The notes under the pieces: model-generated
What the model saw: only the letters and a program-made list of their open reading frames with translations
What the model was told of the DNA's origin: nothing
Databases searched by the model: none
Shown here: piece by piece, positions 48,112-57,164 of the stretch
Layout of the letters: each line of letters starts with the position of its first letter
Numbering within the stretch: position 1 is the first letter of the stretch
Program-made: the position numbers and the translations under genes
NCBI GenBank assembly: GCA_965140785.1
Contig: OZ223475.1
Location: 235,814-299,813, forward strand
DNA from: an uncultured Ruficoccus sp.
GTDB lineage: Bacteria > Verrucomicrobiota > Verrucomicrobiia > Opitutales > Cerasicoccaceae
Direction of reading: 5' to 3'
DNA: 64,000 nt

Positions 48112-49560
48112 ATGGACAGACCTCATATTATATTAATCAATGTCGATCAATGGCGTGGCGACTGCCTGGGGATCGATGGCCATCCGACGGTCGGCACCCC
48201 TTATCTTGATCAGCTGGCACAGGGTGGGGCTCGGTTCAGCCGGGCGTACTCCGCGACTCCGAGCTGCATCCCGGCCCGGGCGGCATTGCATACCGGTTTG
48301 ACGGCACGTTCGCACGGTCGGGTCGGCTACAAGGACGGTGTAGCCTGGAACTATCCGGTGACGATGGCGGGCGAATTCAGCCGTCATGGCTATCAGACCC
48401 AGGCCGTCGGCAAGATGCACGCCTACCCGGAACGGGAGCGGCTCGGCTTCGACCATGTTGAGCTGCACGATGGGTATATGCATTTCGGCAGAAATCGGGA
48501 ACGGCCATTGGAATTCGTGGACGACTACCTGCCCTGGCTCCGTGAGCGCTTTGGCGCGGACGCCGACTATTTCGAACACGGACTGAACTGCAACTCGCTG
48601 GTCGTGCGACCCTGGGACAAGCCGGAGCACCTCCATCCGACGAATTGGGTCGTTACCCGGTCGATCGATTTCCTGCGCCGGCGGGACCCGCGCAAGCCGT
48701 TCTTTTTGTTTATGTCTTTTCATCGGCCGCATCCACCGCTCGATCCGCCTGCCTGGGCCTATGAACAATTTTTGGATGTGGAGATGCCCGATCCTCCGTT
48801 GGGTGATTGGGTCGACCTCTTTAAGGGGCTTGAGGAGCCTTACCGGGCCGATCGCTATGTGGGTATGCTCAAGCCTGACGCGCTACGCCGGGCGCGTGCT
48901 GGCTACTATGGTCACTTGCTTCACATCGACCATCAAATCAACCGCTTTCTGGAATCACTTCAGGAGTTTAATTTGCATCAGGACTGTTACATCTGTTTTG
49001 TTTCCGATCACGGCGAAATGCTGGGCGACCATCATCTGTACCGCAAATTTCTCCCCTATGAAGGCTCGGCGCGCGTTCCCCTGCTTCTGAAAGGGCCTCG
49101 CGGCTGCGGCATTCGGAGTGGTTCTCAGCATGAGGCGCCTGTTGAAATGCGTGATGTGATGCCGACTCTGCTCTCCTGTGCGGGGCTACCTGTCCCCGAT
49201 TCCATCGAGGGGCGCAGTTTCCTTCCCTTGGCCAGGGGAGAGGATGTGGACTGGCGTGCTTATCTTCACGGAGAGCATATCAGTCACGGGGATTCCTCCA
49301 CGCAGTGGCTCACCGACGGACATGAAAAGTATATATGGTTCAGTCAATGGGATCGCGAACAACTCTTTAATCTGGATGACGACCCGCAGGAGCTTCGGGA
49401 TCTCAGCCATGAGCGTCCGGATCGGGTGGCGCATTGGCGTCAATGCCTCATCGCCGAGCTGCGAAATCGAGAAGAGGGATTTGTGGAAGGTGAAAAGCTT
49501 GTCGCAGGTCGGCCTCAGCATGCTTGCCTGTCCCATATTTTGCCGCCTGCTACCTCATGA
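48112..49560 (+). CDS. Formylglycine-dependent (S1) sulfatase
   Basis: RPHIILINVDQWR, C-I-P-A-R (CxPxR) followed by AALHTG, GKMH, SDHG, KFLPYEGSARVP; no signal peptide. Confidence 0.92.
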   Translation: MDRPHIILINVDQWRGDCLGIDGHPTVGTPYLDQLAQGGARFSRAYSATPSCIPARAALHTGLTARSHGRVGYKDGVAWNYPVTMAGEFSRHGYQTQAVGKMHAYPERERLGFDHVELHDGYMHFGRNRERPLEFVDDYLPWLRERFGADADYFEHGLNCNSLVVRPWDKPEHLHPTNWVVTRSIDFLRRRDPRKPFFLFMSFHRPHPPLDPPAWAYEQFLDVEMPDPPLGDWVDLFKGLEEPYRADRYVGMLKPDALRRARAGYYGHLLHIDHQINRFLESLQEFNLHQDCYICFVSDHGEMLGDHHLYRKFLPYEGSARVPLLLKGPRGCGIRSGSQHEAPVEMRDVMPTLLSCAGLPVPDSIEGRSFLPLARGEDVDWRAYLHGEHISHGDSSTQWLTDGHEKYIWFSQWDREQLFNLDDDPQELRDLSHERPDRVAHWRQCLIAELRNREEGFVEGEKLVAGRPQHACLSHILPPATS

Positions 49561-49774
49561 ACCCCATGACCGGCCTTTGAGGTAAGTCTCGATCAGCACA
49601 TCTCCCAAGCCGTTTGCCATCGAGCAGGACGGCTGTGTGGTCGGAGTACTCATGCCGTACGAGGTCGGTTGCGATCGGTGCCCCTTGGCTGTCAGTTTCT
49701 GGTAAATCGTCGCCTCCATGTGCCGGTTCCTTTCAACTCAGTGATCGCAATAGATGCGCCCCGTGCCCGCAGGC

Positions 49775-50410
49775 TCAAGTGGTGCCAACGAGTTCACGGG
49801 CTATGTCAACGGCGGCTGCGGCATCGCGGGCGTAGCCGTCGGCACCGATCTCACGGGCGAAGGCTTCGGTGATCGGAGCGCCGCCCACGATGATGCAAGT
49901 GTCGGCCAGACCGGATTCTCGGATTTGCCGTACGGCCTCCTTCATGCTGGCCATGGTGGTGGTCAGCAGGGACGACAGGCCGATCAACTGAGCGTCGTTG
50001 ACTCGCGCCGCCTCGACGAACTGCTCGGGCGACACGTTGGTTCCCAAGTCGATAACTTTGAAATTCGCGCCCTTCCACATCATGGTTACGAGGTTTTTGC
50101 CGATGTCGTGGAGGTCGCCCTCGACGGTGCCAATGACGGCGGTGAACTGTTGCTTGATCCCGGCTGCGGCCAGGTGCGGCTCCAGTAACTCCATGCTTTT
50201 TTTCATGGCGCGGGCGGAGACCAGGACCTCCGGCACGAAGATCTCGTCGGCTTTGAAGCGGCGGCCCACATCGTCCATCCCCTCCATGAGCGCGCTGAGG
50301 ACCGTTTCGGGCGGGTCACCCGCGTCAATGCAGGTCTGGGTGGCGGCCATCGCCTCCTTACCCCTGCCGGTTTTAATCGCTTCGGTGATTGTGCTGAGTG
50401 TTTCGTTCAT
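49775..50410 (-). CDS. Corrinoid (cobalamin-binding) protein of a methyltransferase system (MtbC/MttC-like)
   Basis: Cap domain (GMDDVGRRF..EIFVPEVL) and B12-binding GTVEGDLHDIGKNLV, SSLLTTT, VGGAP. Confidence 0.92.
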   Translation of the reverse strand: MNETLSTITEAIKTGRGKEAMAATQTCIDAGDPPETVLSALMEGMDDVGRRFKADEIFVPEVLVSARAMKKSMELLEPHLAAAGIKQQFTAVIGTVEGDLHDIGKNLVTMMWKGANFKVIDLGTNVSPEQFVEAARVNDAQLIGLSSLLTTTMASMKEAVRQIRESGLADTCIIVGGAPITEAFAREIGADGYARDAAAAVDIARELVGTT

Positions 50411-50446
50411 CAGTTTTTCAAGGCTGTGTGTTGGGGGTGAGCAGGT

Positions 50447-51613
50447 TCAGTCCAGGCCCGCCCAGATTTTGCGGGCACATTCGATATAAAAGACGTAATT
50501 GCTGAGGGGAACGTCCGGTGGCACGCGATGATCACAGAAGGGAATGTAGCCGCCCTCTTCGACCAGCGGGGCCAGACGGCGGACCTCTGCCTCAATGGCG
50601 GCGGGGGAGCTGGCCAGAATGCGTTTATTAAAACCGCCCATCATTCGCAGGTCCTTGCCCCAGCGGCGGCGTAGCGCGACCGGGTCCTGCTGCCAAGTAC
50701 CGACTTCGAGGGGAAACATGATGTTGACCCCGGCCTCCAGCCACAGCGGGATGAGGTCGTCGATTTTACCGTCGGAGTCAACCCAGGCGAACTCGGTCCC
50801 GTGCCGGTGAGCGACCGCCATAATCCGCTTGTAGAAGGGGATGAGGTAGCGCTTGAAATGCTCGGGGGAGAGCAGGGGGCCGGCGTTGTAGCACATGTCT
50901 TCCCAGAACGCGATGGCCTCGAACTGGAGGCCGTCCGCGTAGGCTTTTTCCAGGCTGGCGCAGCTACAGTCGGCAAGCCTTTCGATGATTTCCTCAAATA
51001 GCACCGGATCGTCGTAGACGAGGTAGGAAACCTCCTCGACGCCCATCCAGTCACGCACCTTGCCATAGCTGGAGCCGCCGGGGGCGGACAGGACGGTGCT
51101 GCGCTCCGGTGCGGTCCAGCGCGGCAGATTGGCCGTGTACTCGGGGGGGAAGCGGTTGGGGGTGTCCGGGTCCAGACGCCACCGGAAATGCTCCTCCCAG
51201 GAAGCCCGGTCCACCAGCGTGTGGTTCAGGTACATGGGGATCGATCCCATGGTTTTCTGCCGCAAGAGCTGCACACCATCCCTGTTTTGGCACACCTCGG
51301 TATCGCCGCGATCCTCCAGTACTTTTTCTTCAAAGGCGGGGCACAGGCCGACTTCGAAGTTCGCTCCCTCCCGCTCATCCATGCCGAAGAAGCGCGTGAA
51401 ATCCTGGTGCCACTCGCCCGTTGAGGTGACCTGCCATCCTTCGCTTTTCCACTTGTCGAAGGTCTCGATCCACAGACCGAAATCCCACAGAGGCATCCGG
51501 TCCCGGCTTTCATAGCGCATCGTGGCCAGAAAGCGCTCGCGGTCCCGCATCGTGCCGGGAGCTTTGGTATAGGGGGCGATCTGATCAGGGGCAAAAACAG
51601 CATTCGTTTCCAT
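50447..51613 (-). CDS. Uroporphyrinogen decarboxylase (URO-D/MtaA) superfamily protein, putative corrinoid methyltransferase
   Basis: RERFLATM, RDWMGVEE, WEDMCYNAGPLLSP, VDSDG, GGYIPFCDHRVPPDV; adjacent to the corrinoid protein gene. Confidence 0.8.
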   Translation of the reverse strand: METNAVFAPDQIAPYTKAPGTMRDRERFLATMRYESRDRMPLWDFGLWIETFDKWKSEGWQVTSTGEWHQDFTRFFGMDEREGANFEVGLCPAFEEKVLEDRGDTEVCQNRDGVQLLRQKTMGSIPMYLNHTLVDRASWEEHFRWRLDPDTPNRFPPEYTANLPRWTAPERSTVLSAPGGSSYGKVRDWMGVEEVSYLVYDDPVLFEEIIERLADCSCASLEKAYADGLQFEAIAFWEDMCYNAGPLLSPEHFKRYLIPFYKRIMAVAHRHGTEFAWVDSDGKIDDLIPLWLEAGVNIMFPLEVGTWQQDPVALRRRWGKDLRMMGGFNKRILASSPAAIEAEVRRLAPLVEEGGYIPFCDHRVPPDVPLSNYVFYIECARKIWAGLD

Positions 51614-51647
51614 GCCTCTATCCTACCATAAGCAGCGTCGATAAAGG

Positions 51648-51685
51648 GATAGAACCGCCGGCTAAAAAACTGGATTATCCTGCTA
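51648..51685 (-). promoter_or_regulatory. AraC-type tandem half-sites upstream of the UroD-like gene
   Basis: Minus strand TAGCAGGATAATCCAGT-N4-TAGCCGGCGGTTCTATC, the 17+4+17 layout of E. coli araI1/araI2. Confidence 0.7.
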
Positions 51686-51742
51686 GGCTGTTTTTGATAG
51701 TAGAACCAGTGCTCAGCCTTTTTGCCGCTAGGGATGTCTGCT

Positions 51743-52537
51743 TCAGGTGCGTTCGGATCGGGGGGCGTGTCCGAAAACCTTTTTGTAGCGCCGGGAAAAA
51801 TAAAAGGCATCCACGAAGCCCACCTCCTCCGCGATCTGGTTGACGGGCAGCCTCGTTTGCTGGAGGAGCCGTCGGGCATCATCCAGCTTTAGTGTTTCGG
51901 CAAACCATCCCGGGCTGACACCCAGCTCATCTGTAAACAGATGAGACAAGCGTGAAGGAGAGAGTCCGCAGCGATAGGCCAGATCTGGGAGCGAAAAGGG
52001 CTCGCTGGTATGAGTGGCAAGATAGTGCATGGCCTTTCGGACGCGTCCATCCACCTGCGCCCCCGGGTCTCCGGACGCCAGGGCATACCCCCGGATCAGG
52101 ACTTCCTCCAGGGCATTCATGGCGAGGTCGTCTTTACTGGGGCCACCCAACCGGAAGGAGACCAGCATGCGCTCAAGCGCCTCCCATACCTCGGCCATGT
52201 TCTGGTTTGCGAAGGATATATGGTGCGTGCCGGGAGCGATTTCGGGCCAATCCATCCAGACGCGCCAGTACGGCTTGGCCACGAAATGGCTCCAACATAA
52301 GTGCCAGAAGCCGGTTTCGGCATCCGTCGAGTAGTCCTGAAAGGCATCCGGTTCGAAGAGAACGATGGCCCCCTCCTGTAAATGAAAGGGTTCTCCGGTG
52401 GGCAGGATGAGCCGACCCCTTCCTCCGAGGGTGGCGATGAGCAGCCAGTCCCCGCTGCCATGCGGCCGCCGGGTGCTGTAGCTGCGTCCCTCGCGGAACT
52501 CATTGCAGGTAATGGGGTCCGGTATCTGGTGTTTCAT
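51743..52537 (-). CDS. AraC-family regulator, closely resembling the arabinose regulator AraC subfamily
   Basis: RPHGSGDWLLIATLGGRG, W.HF...YW..W sensor domain; LSPSRLSHLF and VGFVDAFYFSRRYKK HTHs. Confidence 0.9.
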   Translation of the reverse strand: MKHQIPDPITCNEFREGRSYSTRRPHGSGDWLLIATLGGRGRLILPTGEPFHLQEGAIVLFEPDAFQDYSTDAETGFWHLCWSHFVAKPYWRVWMDWPEIAPGTHHISFANQNMAEVWEALERMLVSFRLGGPSKDDLAMNALEEVLIRGYALASGDPGAQVDGRVRKAMHYLATHTSEPFSLPDLAYRCGLSPSRLSHLFTDELGVSPGWFAETLKLDDARRLLQQTRLPVNQIAEEVGFVDAFYFSRRYKKVFGHAPRSERT

Positions 52538-52553
52538 GCGGGAAGTTTTTTAT

Positions 52554-52591
52554 TAGCATAATAATCCATGTATATAACGGCCCTGTCCATT
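52554..52591 (+). promoter_or_regulatory. AraC-type tandem half-sites upstream of the dioxygenase gene
   Basis: TAGCATAATAATCCATG-N4-TAACGGCCCTGTCCATT, followed by a -10-like TATAGT at 52613. Confidence 0.7.
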
Positions 52592-52626
52592 CCCTTTTTT
52601 CGGCATTTGTCTTATAGTGTTCATTA

Positions 52627-53454
52627 ATGAAAATACTGAACGATTCCCACCTTCTCACTGCCGATCATCTCAACCAATACCAAACCGAGGGCTATTGCGT
52701 GGTCTCAGGATTGTTTGAGCCGGAGGAAATCTCGGCCATTGAGGCATTCTTCGAGGAGTACAAAAACAACGGCAAGGCCGTGTATGACCAAGGGGCGAAG
52801 TTCGAGGATATCGACCCGGCCAAGCGGCAGCTGCGGGCCCTCCATCCACATCGTTATAGCCGCCAGGTGCAGGACTGGGCGCTGCGACCCCGGCTGATCA
52901 GCGCCTTGACAAAACTGCTGGGAAGCTCTCCGCTGCTGGCCCAGACCATGTACTACTTCAAGCCGCCCGGCTCCCGCGGCCAGGCCATGCACCAGGACAA
53001 TTTTTATCTTCTGGCCGCCCCGCATACCTGTATCGCCGCCTGGACGCCGATCGATGATGCCACCGTGGAGAATGGCTGCCTCTATCTGGCGCCTCGCTCC
53101 CATCACAAGGACATCTACTGCCCGAAGGGAGACGACCCGGGCTGGCGCAGCTATGGAGACGGTCATATCCGACCTTTCCCCCGCGAGTTTGAGCCCATTC
53201 CGGTCGAAGTGCCGCGCGGCTCGACGCTCTTTTTCGGCGGTAACCTCATCCACGGTTCCGGCCCCAACCGCAGTGCCGACCGCTGTCGCCGGACCTTTAT
53301 CGGCCATTATGTAGATCAGGCCAGCGAGGAGGTGGCCGGCTTCTACCATCCGATTCTGAACGCCGCGGGTGAGGCTGTGAGCCGCGTACGTAAAAAGACC
53401 GGCGGCGGTCCCTGTGGAGATGTGCCCGGCGGCGACTATTCCTACTCGTTCTGA
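52627..53454 (+). CDS. Phytanoyl-CoA dioxygenase (PhyH) family Fe(II)/2-oxoglutarate dioxygenase
   Basis: YFKPPG, HQD, AWTPID..ENGCL...SH, IHGSGPNRS..R. Confidence 0.9.
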   Translation: MKILNDSHLLTADHLNQYQTEGYCVVSGLFEPEEISAIEAFFEEYKNNGKAVYDQGAKFEDIDPAKRQLRALHPHRYSRQVQDWALRPRLISALTKLLGSSPLLAQTMYYFKPPGSRGQAMHQDNFYLLAAPHTCIAAWTPIDDATVENGCLYLAPRSHHKDIYCPKGDDPGWRSYGDGHIRPFPREFEPIPVEVPRGSTLFFGGNLIHGSGPNRSADRCRRTFIGHYVDQASEEVAGFYHPILNAAGEAVSRVRKKTGGGPCGDVPGGDYSYSF

Positions 53455-53525
53455 GCAGGAGGCGAGTCCGCCCGGCGCGGACCGTTTCCTGAAGGTTCCC
53501 AATCTTCCTCCCGCCGACGCCGGCC

Positions 53526-54404
53526 TCAGCCCTTGGCAGCCGCCAAGGTGCTGACGCGCCGGCGAAAGGCGCGGGGGCTTTCGCCCACCTGGCGCAGGAA
53601 TTGGCGATTGAAGTGCGAGAGGTTGTTGAAGCCGTTCTGAAATGCGATCTCGGTGATCGGCGCTTCGGTTTCGATCAGCTCCCGGCGTACCTGGCTGATG
53701 CGGTAGGCGTTGAGGTAGCGCGAGTAGGGCATGTTCAGATACTTGCTGAAGGCATGGCTGAAGGCTGAGGCAGACATGCCGACCGAGCGCGCCAACTCCG
53801 TCTGGTCGAGCCGCTCGCGGTAGTGCCGGTGAAGGGTCTCGAGCGCGGTGGACAGGCGCTGAAACCCGGCCTGGTCCGCTGTCGGCTGATAGGACTCCGA
53901 GGCGAGCGGACGGACGTTTTTTTGCGCGGCCAGATGCTCCAGCAGTTCCAGCCAGCCGAGCAGGCGCTTGAGGCCCCGGGCCTTGAAGGTACGTGTCAGC
54001 AGCCGGGTGGCTTTGGGGTCGACCTCGGGCCCGAAGAGCAGCCCCCGCCGCGCTCGCTGGAGCAGGGCTTTAAGGTGCCGGGTCTCGCGCTGGGAGAAAA
54101 AGCTCTCGCCCAGGCAGTCGGGGCGAAACTGGATGACCCGCGAGCGAGCCCAGTGGCTCGAGCCGGGCGGGGCGGGGCGGTTTTCAAAGAGGTGGGGCAG
54201 CCCCGCGCCCAGCAGGTACCACTGCCCGGCCTCATACTCCCCAAAGGTGTCGCCAATGAGCATATTGCCATCGCTGCTGTCGATCCGCAGGATCTCGCAC
54301 TCGGGGTGAAAGTGGTAGGGGCAGTCGTAGTCCTGCGATGAGAAAGACAAACAGACCAGTGAACTGTCGTCGGAAGTGGGAATCTGCTCGTATTGGGCTC
54401 TCAC
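53526..54404 (-). CDS. AraC-family regulator with a cupin domain
   Basis: YHFHPECEI, LPH, IQF; EIAFQNGFNNLSHFNRQF; GTG start. Confidence 0.9.
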   Translation of the reverse strand: MRAQYEQIPTSDDSSLVCLSFSSQDYDCPYHFHPECEILRIDSSDGNMLIGDTFGEYEAGQWYLLGAGLPHLFENRPAPPGSSHWARSRVIQFRPDCLGESFFSQRETRHLKALLQRARRGLLFGPEVDPKATRLLTRTFKARGLKRLLGWLELLEHLAAQKNVRPLASESYQPTADQAGFQRLSTALETLHRHYRERLDQTELARSVGMSASAFSHAFSKYLNMPYSRYLNAYRISQVRRELIETEAPITEIAFQNGFNNLSHFNRQFLRQVGESPRAFRRRVSTLAAAKG

Positions 54405-54520
54405 GGTGGGTTCTTACGGTAAATTCTTAGCATGTGTTCAAAATAGTATCAATAATTTAGCGGATAGCCGTAGTTCTTTTTGGGGCGGGCGGATATGATC
54501 TGAGCCGTCAATCACTCCAT

Positions 54521-56035
54521 ATGCCCCTCGACTCCCAACTCTCCGCCCAAGGCGTGCTCAACGACGTGCTGGCCGATCTGGTCCCCGCGCCTCCGAAGCC
54601 CCCACGCGCCCGTATCGCCGTCATCGGTTGCGGCGTTAAAATCCATTTCCCCTGGCAGCGGACCTGCGAGCGCACGCGGCAGGCGGTCGCTCTCACCCAG
54701 AAGGGTGCCGACGGACTGCCGGTGGATATCATCGCCGCGGAGGAACCCTTTGAAGACCCGGAGGCGATGGTGGCTTTTCTAGACAGCGAGCTGGCCCAAG
54801 GCCTGGCTGGGCTGGTCTTCTTCCATGCGGCCTTTACCGCAGGGGAGGTCGGTTCGGCATTAGGGCGCTGGCTCATTGACCACCCGGTTCCGCTGCTGAG
54901 CTGGGCTTGGCCCGAGCCCGGCAACGGCGCACGCAACGAAGCCAACAGCCTGACTTGCCAGAATTTCATCCTCCAGATGCTGACCAGCCTGGGTGTCCCT
55001 TATGCATGGCAGCACCTGCCACTGGACAGCTCGGCAGTGCCCCCGTTGGAGCGCTTCGCCCGCGCCTGCTATGCGCGTAACGGTTTCCGTCGTGCCAAGC
55101 TACTTCACGCCGGGGGCTCGCGGGTGAGCGGGTTTTACGACGGCGAGGTGGACGAACTGGCGGTGTTCAAAGCGTTCGGCTGCCGCTTCGACCGGGTGGA
55201 TCTGGAAACTGTTTACCAACACGCCGGTAAGCGTTTCAAGGACGCGGACGTGAAGCGCCTCGTAGAGGCGCTGACCAGTCATCCGGCCTGCGGGCGGGTG
55301 GACGTGCCCGCAGAGCAGATGATGCAGACCTACCGCTTCGGTCTGGGCATGCTCGATCTGGCCCATGAGCACGGCTATCTCGGCGCCACCGTGAAAAGCT
55401 GGCCCGACCTCTTTGACTGCTACGGCTGCGCTATCGACGGCTCCGTTTCCATGCTGAACGACGCGGGCTTCTGCGTGGCCGAGGAGGGCGAGATGAACGG
55501 ACTGCTCTCCTCGCTGGCGCTTTTCCTTGTGTCAAGTGGGGAGGCCGTGCCGACAATGATGGACCTGTCTCTGTGGAAACAGGCGCAGGACCGGCTCGGC
55601 ATCTGGCACTGCGGGGCTTCACCCACCCGCTGGCTTAAGCCCGGCTCAACTTTCGCCGCCACCCGTCACTCCATTCTCGAAAACGGCGATCCGGAGACGG
55701 CGGTTGGGCTCATGCTGGAATTTCTGCTCGCCCTAGGTCCTGTTACGGTCGCGCGTTACCTGGCGCCGGACGCCGGACGCTGCTTTAGTTTTGAGGGCGA
55801 GTTCGTCGAGACGGAGCTGGATTATCGTGGTACTTATGGGCTGATGAAGGCCACCGGCGAGACCAGCCTCGGGCAGATCATGCACACGATCCTGAGCCGC
55901 GGTCTCGACCACCACTGGAGCGTCGGCCACGGCCACTGGCAGGAGGAGCTTCGCCTGCTCAACCACTTTTGCGGTATCACGGAAACGCCCCTCTTGCCCG
56001 CCGAAACCCCTTACGGCCTCAGTGCCGGTGCCTGA
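54521..56035 (+). CDS. L-fucose/L-arabinose isomerase family protein
   Basis: WAWPEP, NSLT, KSWPD, EGEMNG, WHCG, GLDHH motifs of the FucI/AraA fold. Confidence 0.75.
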   Translation: MPLDSQLSAQGVLNDVLADLVPAPPKPPRARIAVIGCGVKIHFPWQRTCERTRQAVALTQKGADGLPVDIIAAEEPFEDPEAMVAFLDSELAQGLAGLVFFHAAFTAGEVGSALGRWLIDHPVPLLSWAWPEPGNGARNEANSLTCQNFILQMLTSLGVPYAWQHLPLDSSAVPPLERFARACYARNGFRRAKLLHAGGSRVSGFYDGEVDELAVFKAFGCRFDRVDLETVYQHAGKRFKDADVKRLVEALTSHPACGRVDVPAEQMMQTYRFGLGMLDLAHEHGYLGATVKSWPDLFDCYGCAIDGSVSMLNDAGFCVAEEGEMNGLLSSLALFLVSSGEAVPTMMDLSLWKQAQDRLGIWHCGASPTRWLKPGSTFAATRHSILENGDPETAVGLMLEFLLALGPVTVARYLAPDAGRCFSFEGEFVETELDYRGTYGLMKATGETSLGQIMHTILSRGLDHHWSVGHGHWQEELRLLNHFCGITETPLLPAETPYGLSAGA

Positions 56036-57159
56036 TGCCGGTCGATTTCACAGCGTTGGCCGGGCGCCTGAAAGCCGCCGCTTCCGTGCCCGCGGCGACG
56101 TCGGTTGTGGCCGGATTTGACGCGTTCGTCGATGAGCGCATCCACGTCGTTCACGAGCGCCATAGCCCGGAGTCTTTTACGCCGGTGGCGACGATTTCGG
56201 ACTTCTCGGACTGGGCAGCCCGCTCGGCGGGACGCAGTGGCCTGCGAGAGTTTGTCTTCGAAACCGAGGCCGGCGGTTGCACGGTCAACATGGGCGACGG
56301 CATCGCCACGCTGGGCTTCCCGCTAACGGCTTTTGCCGGGGTCGGCAGTCCCGCCCATCCGGTTTTCGCGGACTTCATCGGTAAATGCGCGGTGGTCGAA
56401 CCGCTCGGGATGGAGCCGGGGCGCGCCCTGGCTTACGAGTTCGAGGACGGCAAGCTGATGTTCTGCGCGTTCAACCACTTTGCGCGACTGACGCCGGAGT
56501 ACCTGCGCGGGCAGTTTGCTGACGGGCGTTTCCGCGCCGCCTGCGGAGCGAGCCGGGGCATCGTGTTGACCAGTTGGTCCGTCTATCCGCACATGACGGT
56601 GTGTTGGCGATACCTGTATGAAGAGGCGCTGGCCGGACTGACGAACCGGCCCCGCTTTTTCTTCGATCTGGCCGACCCGGCCAGTCGCCCGCGTGCGCAA
56701 TTGTCACAGATGTTGGATACGCTCGGCGGCTTTGAGACCATCGGCCCCGTGACCCTGAGCCTGAACGGCAATGAGGCCAACCAACTGGCGCAGGCAGTCG
56801 GCCTGAACGAGGCCGACGAGTCACCGGAACAATTGGAGCGCCAGGCGACTCAGTTGCGTGAGCGGGCGGGCATTGATTGCGTTGGCATCCATCTGGTCAA
56901 GTCCGCCGTCGCCGCTACAGAAGCGGGCGCGGTCAGCGTCGAAGGCCCCTTCTGCGCCAAGCCCAAGAAAAGCGTCGGCGCGGGCGACCGCTTCAACGCC
57001 GGGTGGCTCAGCGCGCAGCTACTGGACCTGCCTCCAGCGGAGCAACTGGCGGTGGGCTGCGCCAGCTCCGGCTTTTTCGTTCGACAGGCCCGCAGCGCCA
57101 CGTGGGCGGAACTGAGTGAATTTCTGAGTGCCTGGGGGGAGGGCACCCCCAACGCCTGA
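56035..57159 (+). CDS. PfkB/ribokinase-like carbohydrate kinase
   Basis: GFDAFVD, GG...N, FFDLADP, LNGNEA, C-terminal VGAGDRFNAG; TGATG overlap with the upstream gene. Confidence 0.8.
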   Translation: MPVDFTALAGRLKAAASVPAATSVVAGFDAFVDERIHVVHERHSPESFTPVATISDFSDWAARSAGRSGLREFVFETEAGGCTVNMGDGIATLGFPLTAFAGVGSPAHPVFADFIGKCAVVEPLGMEPGRALAYEFEDGKLMFCAFNHFARLTPEYLRGQFADGRFRAACGASRGIVLTSWSVYPHMTVCWRYLYEEALAGLTNRPRFFFDLADPASRPRAQLSQMLDTLGGFETIGPVTLSLNGNEANQLAQAVGLNEADESPEQLERQATQLRERAGIDCVGIHLVKSAVAATEAGAVSVEGPFCAKPKKSVGAGDRFNAGWLSAQLLDLPPAEQLAVGCASSGFFVRQARSATWAELSEFLSAWGEGTPNA

Positions 57160-57164
57160 CTGTC

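Noticed and set aside
49775..51613. hemE or split methionine synthase
   Set aside because: The HemE RQAGR motif is absent, and no homocysteine-binding or pterin-binding domain gene is adjacent.
54435..54470. Possible AraC site (TGTTCAAAATAGTATC) upstream of the isomerase operon
   Set aside because: Single occurrence with a weak second half-site; not enough support to list as a feature.
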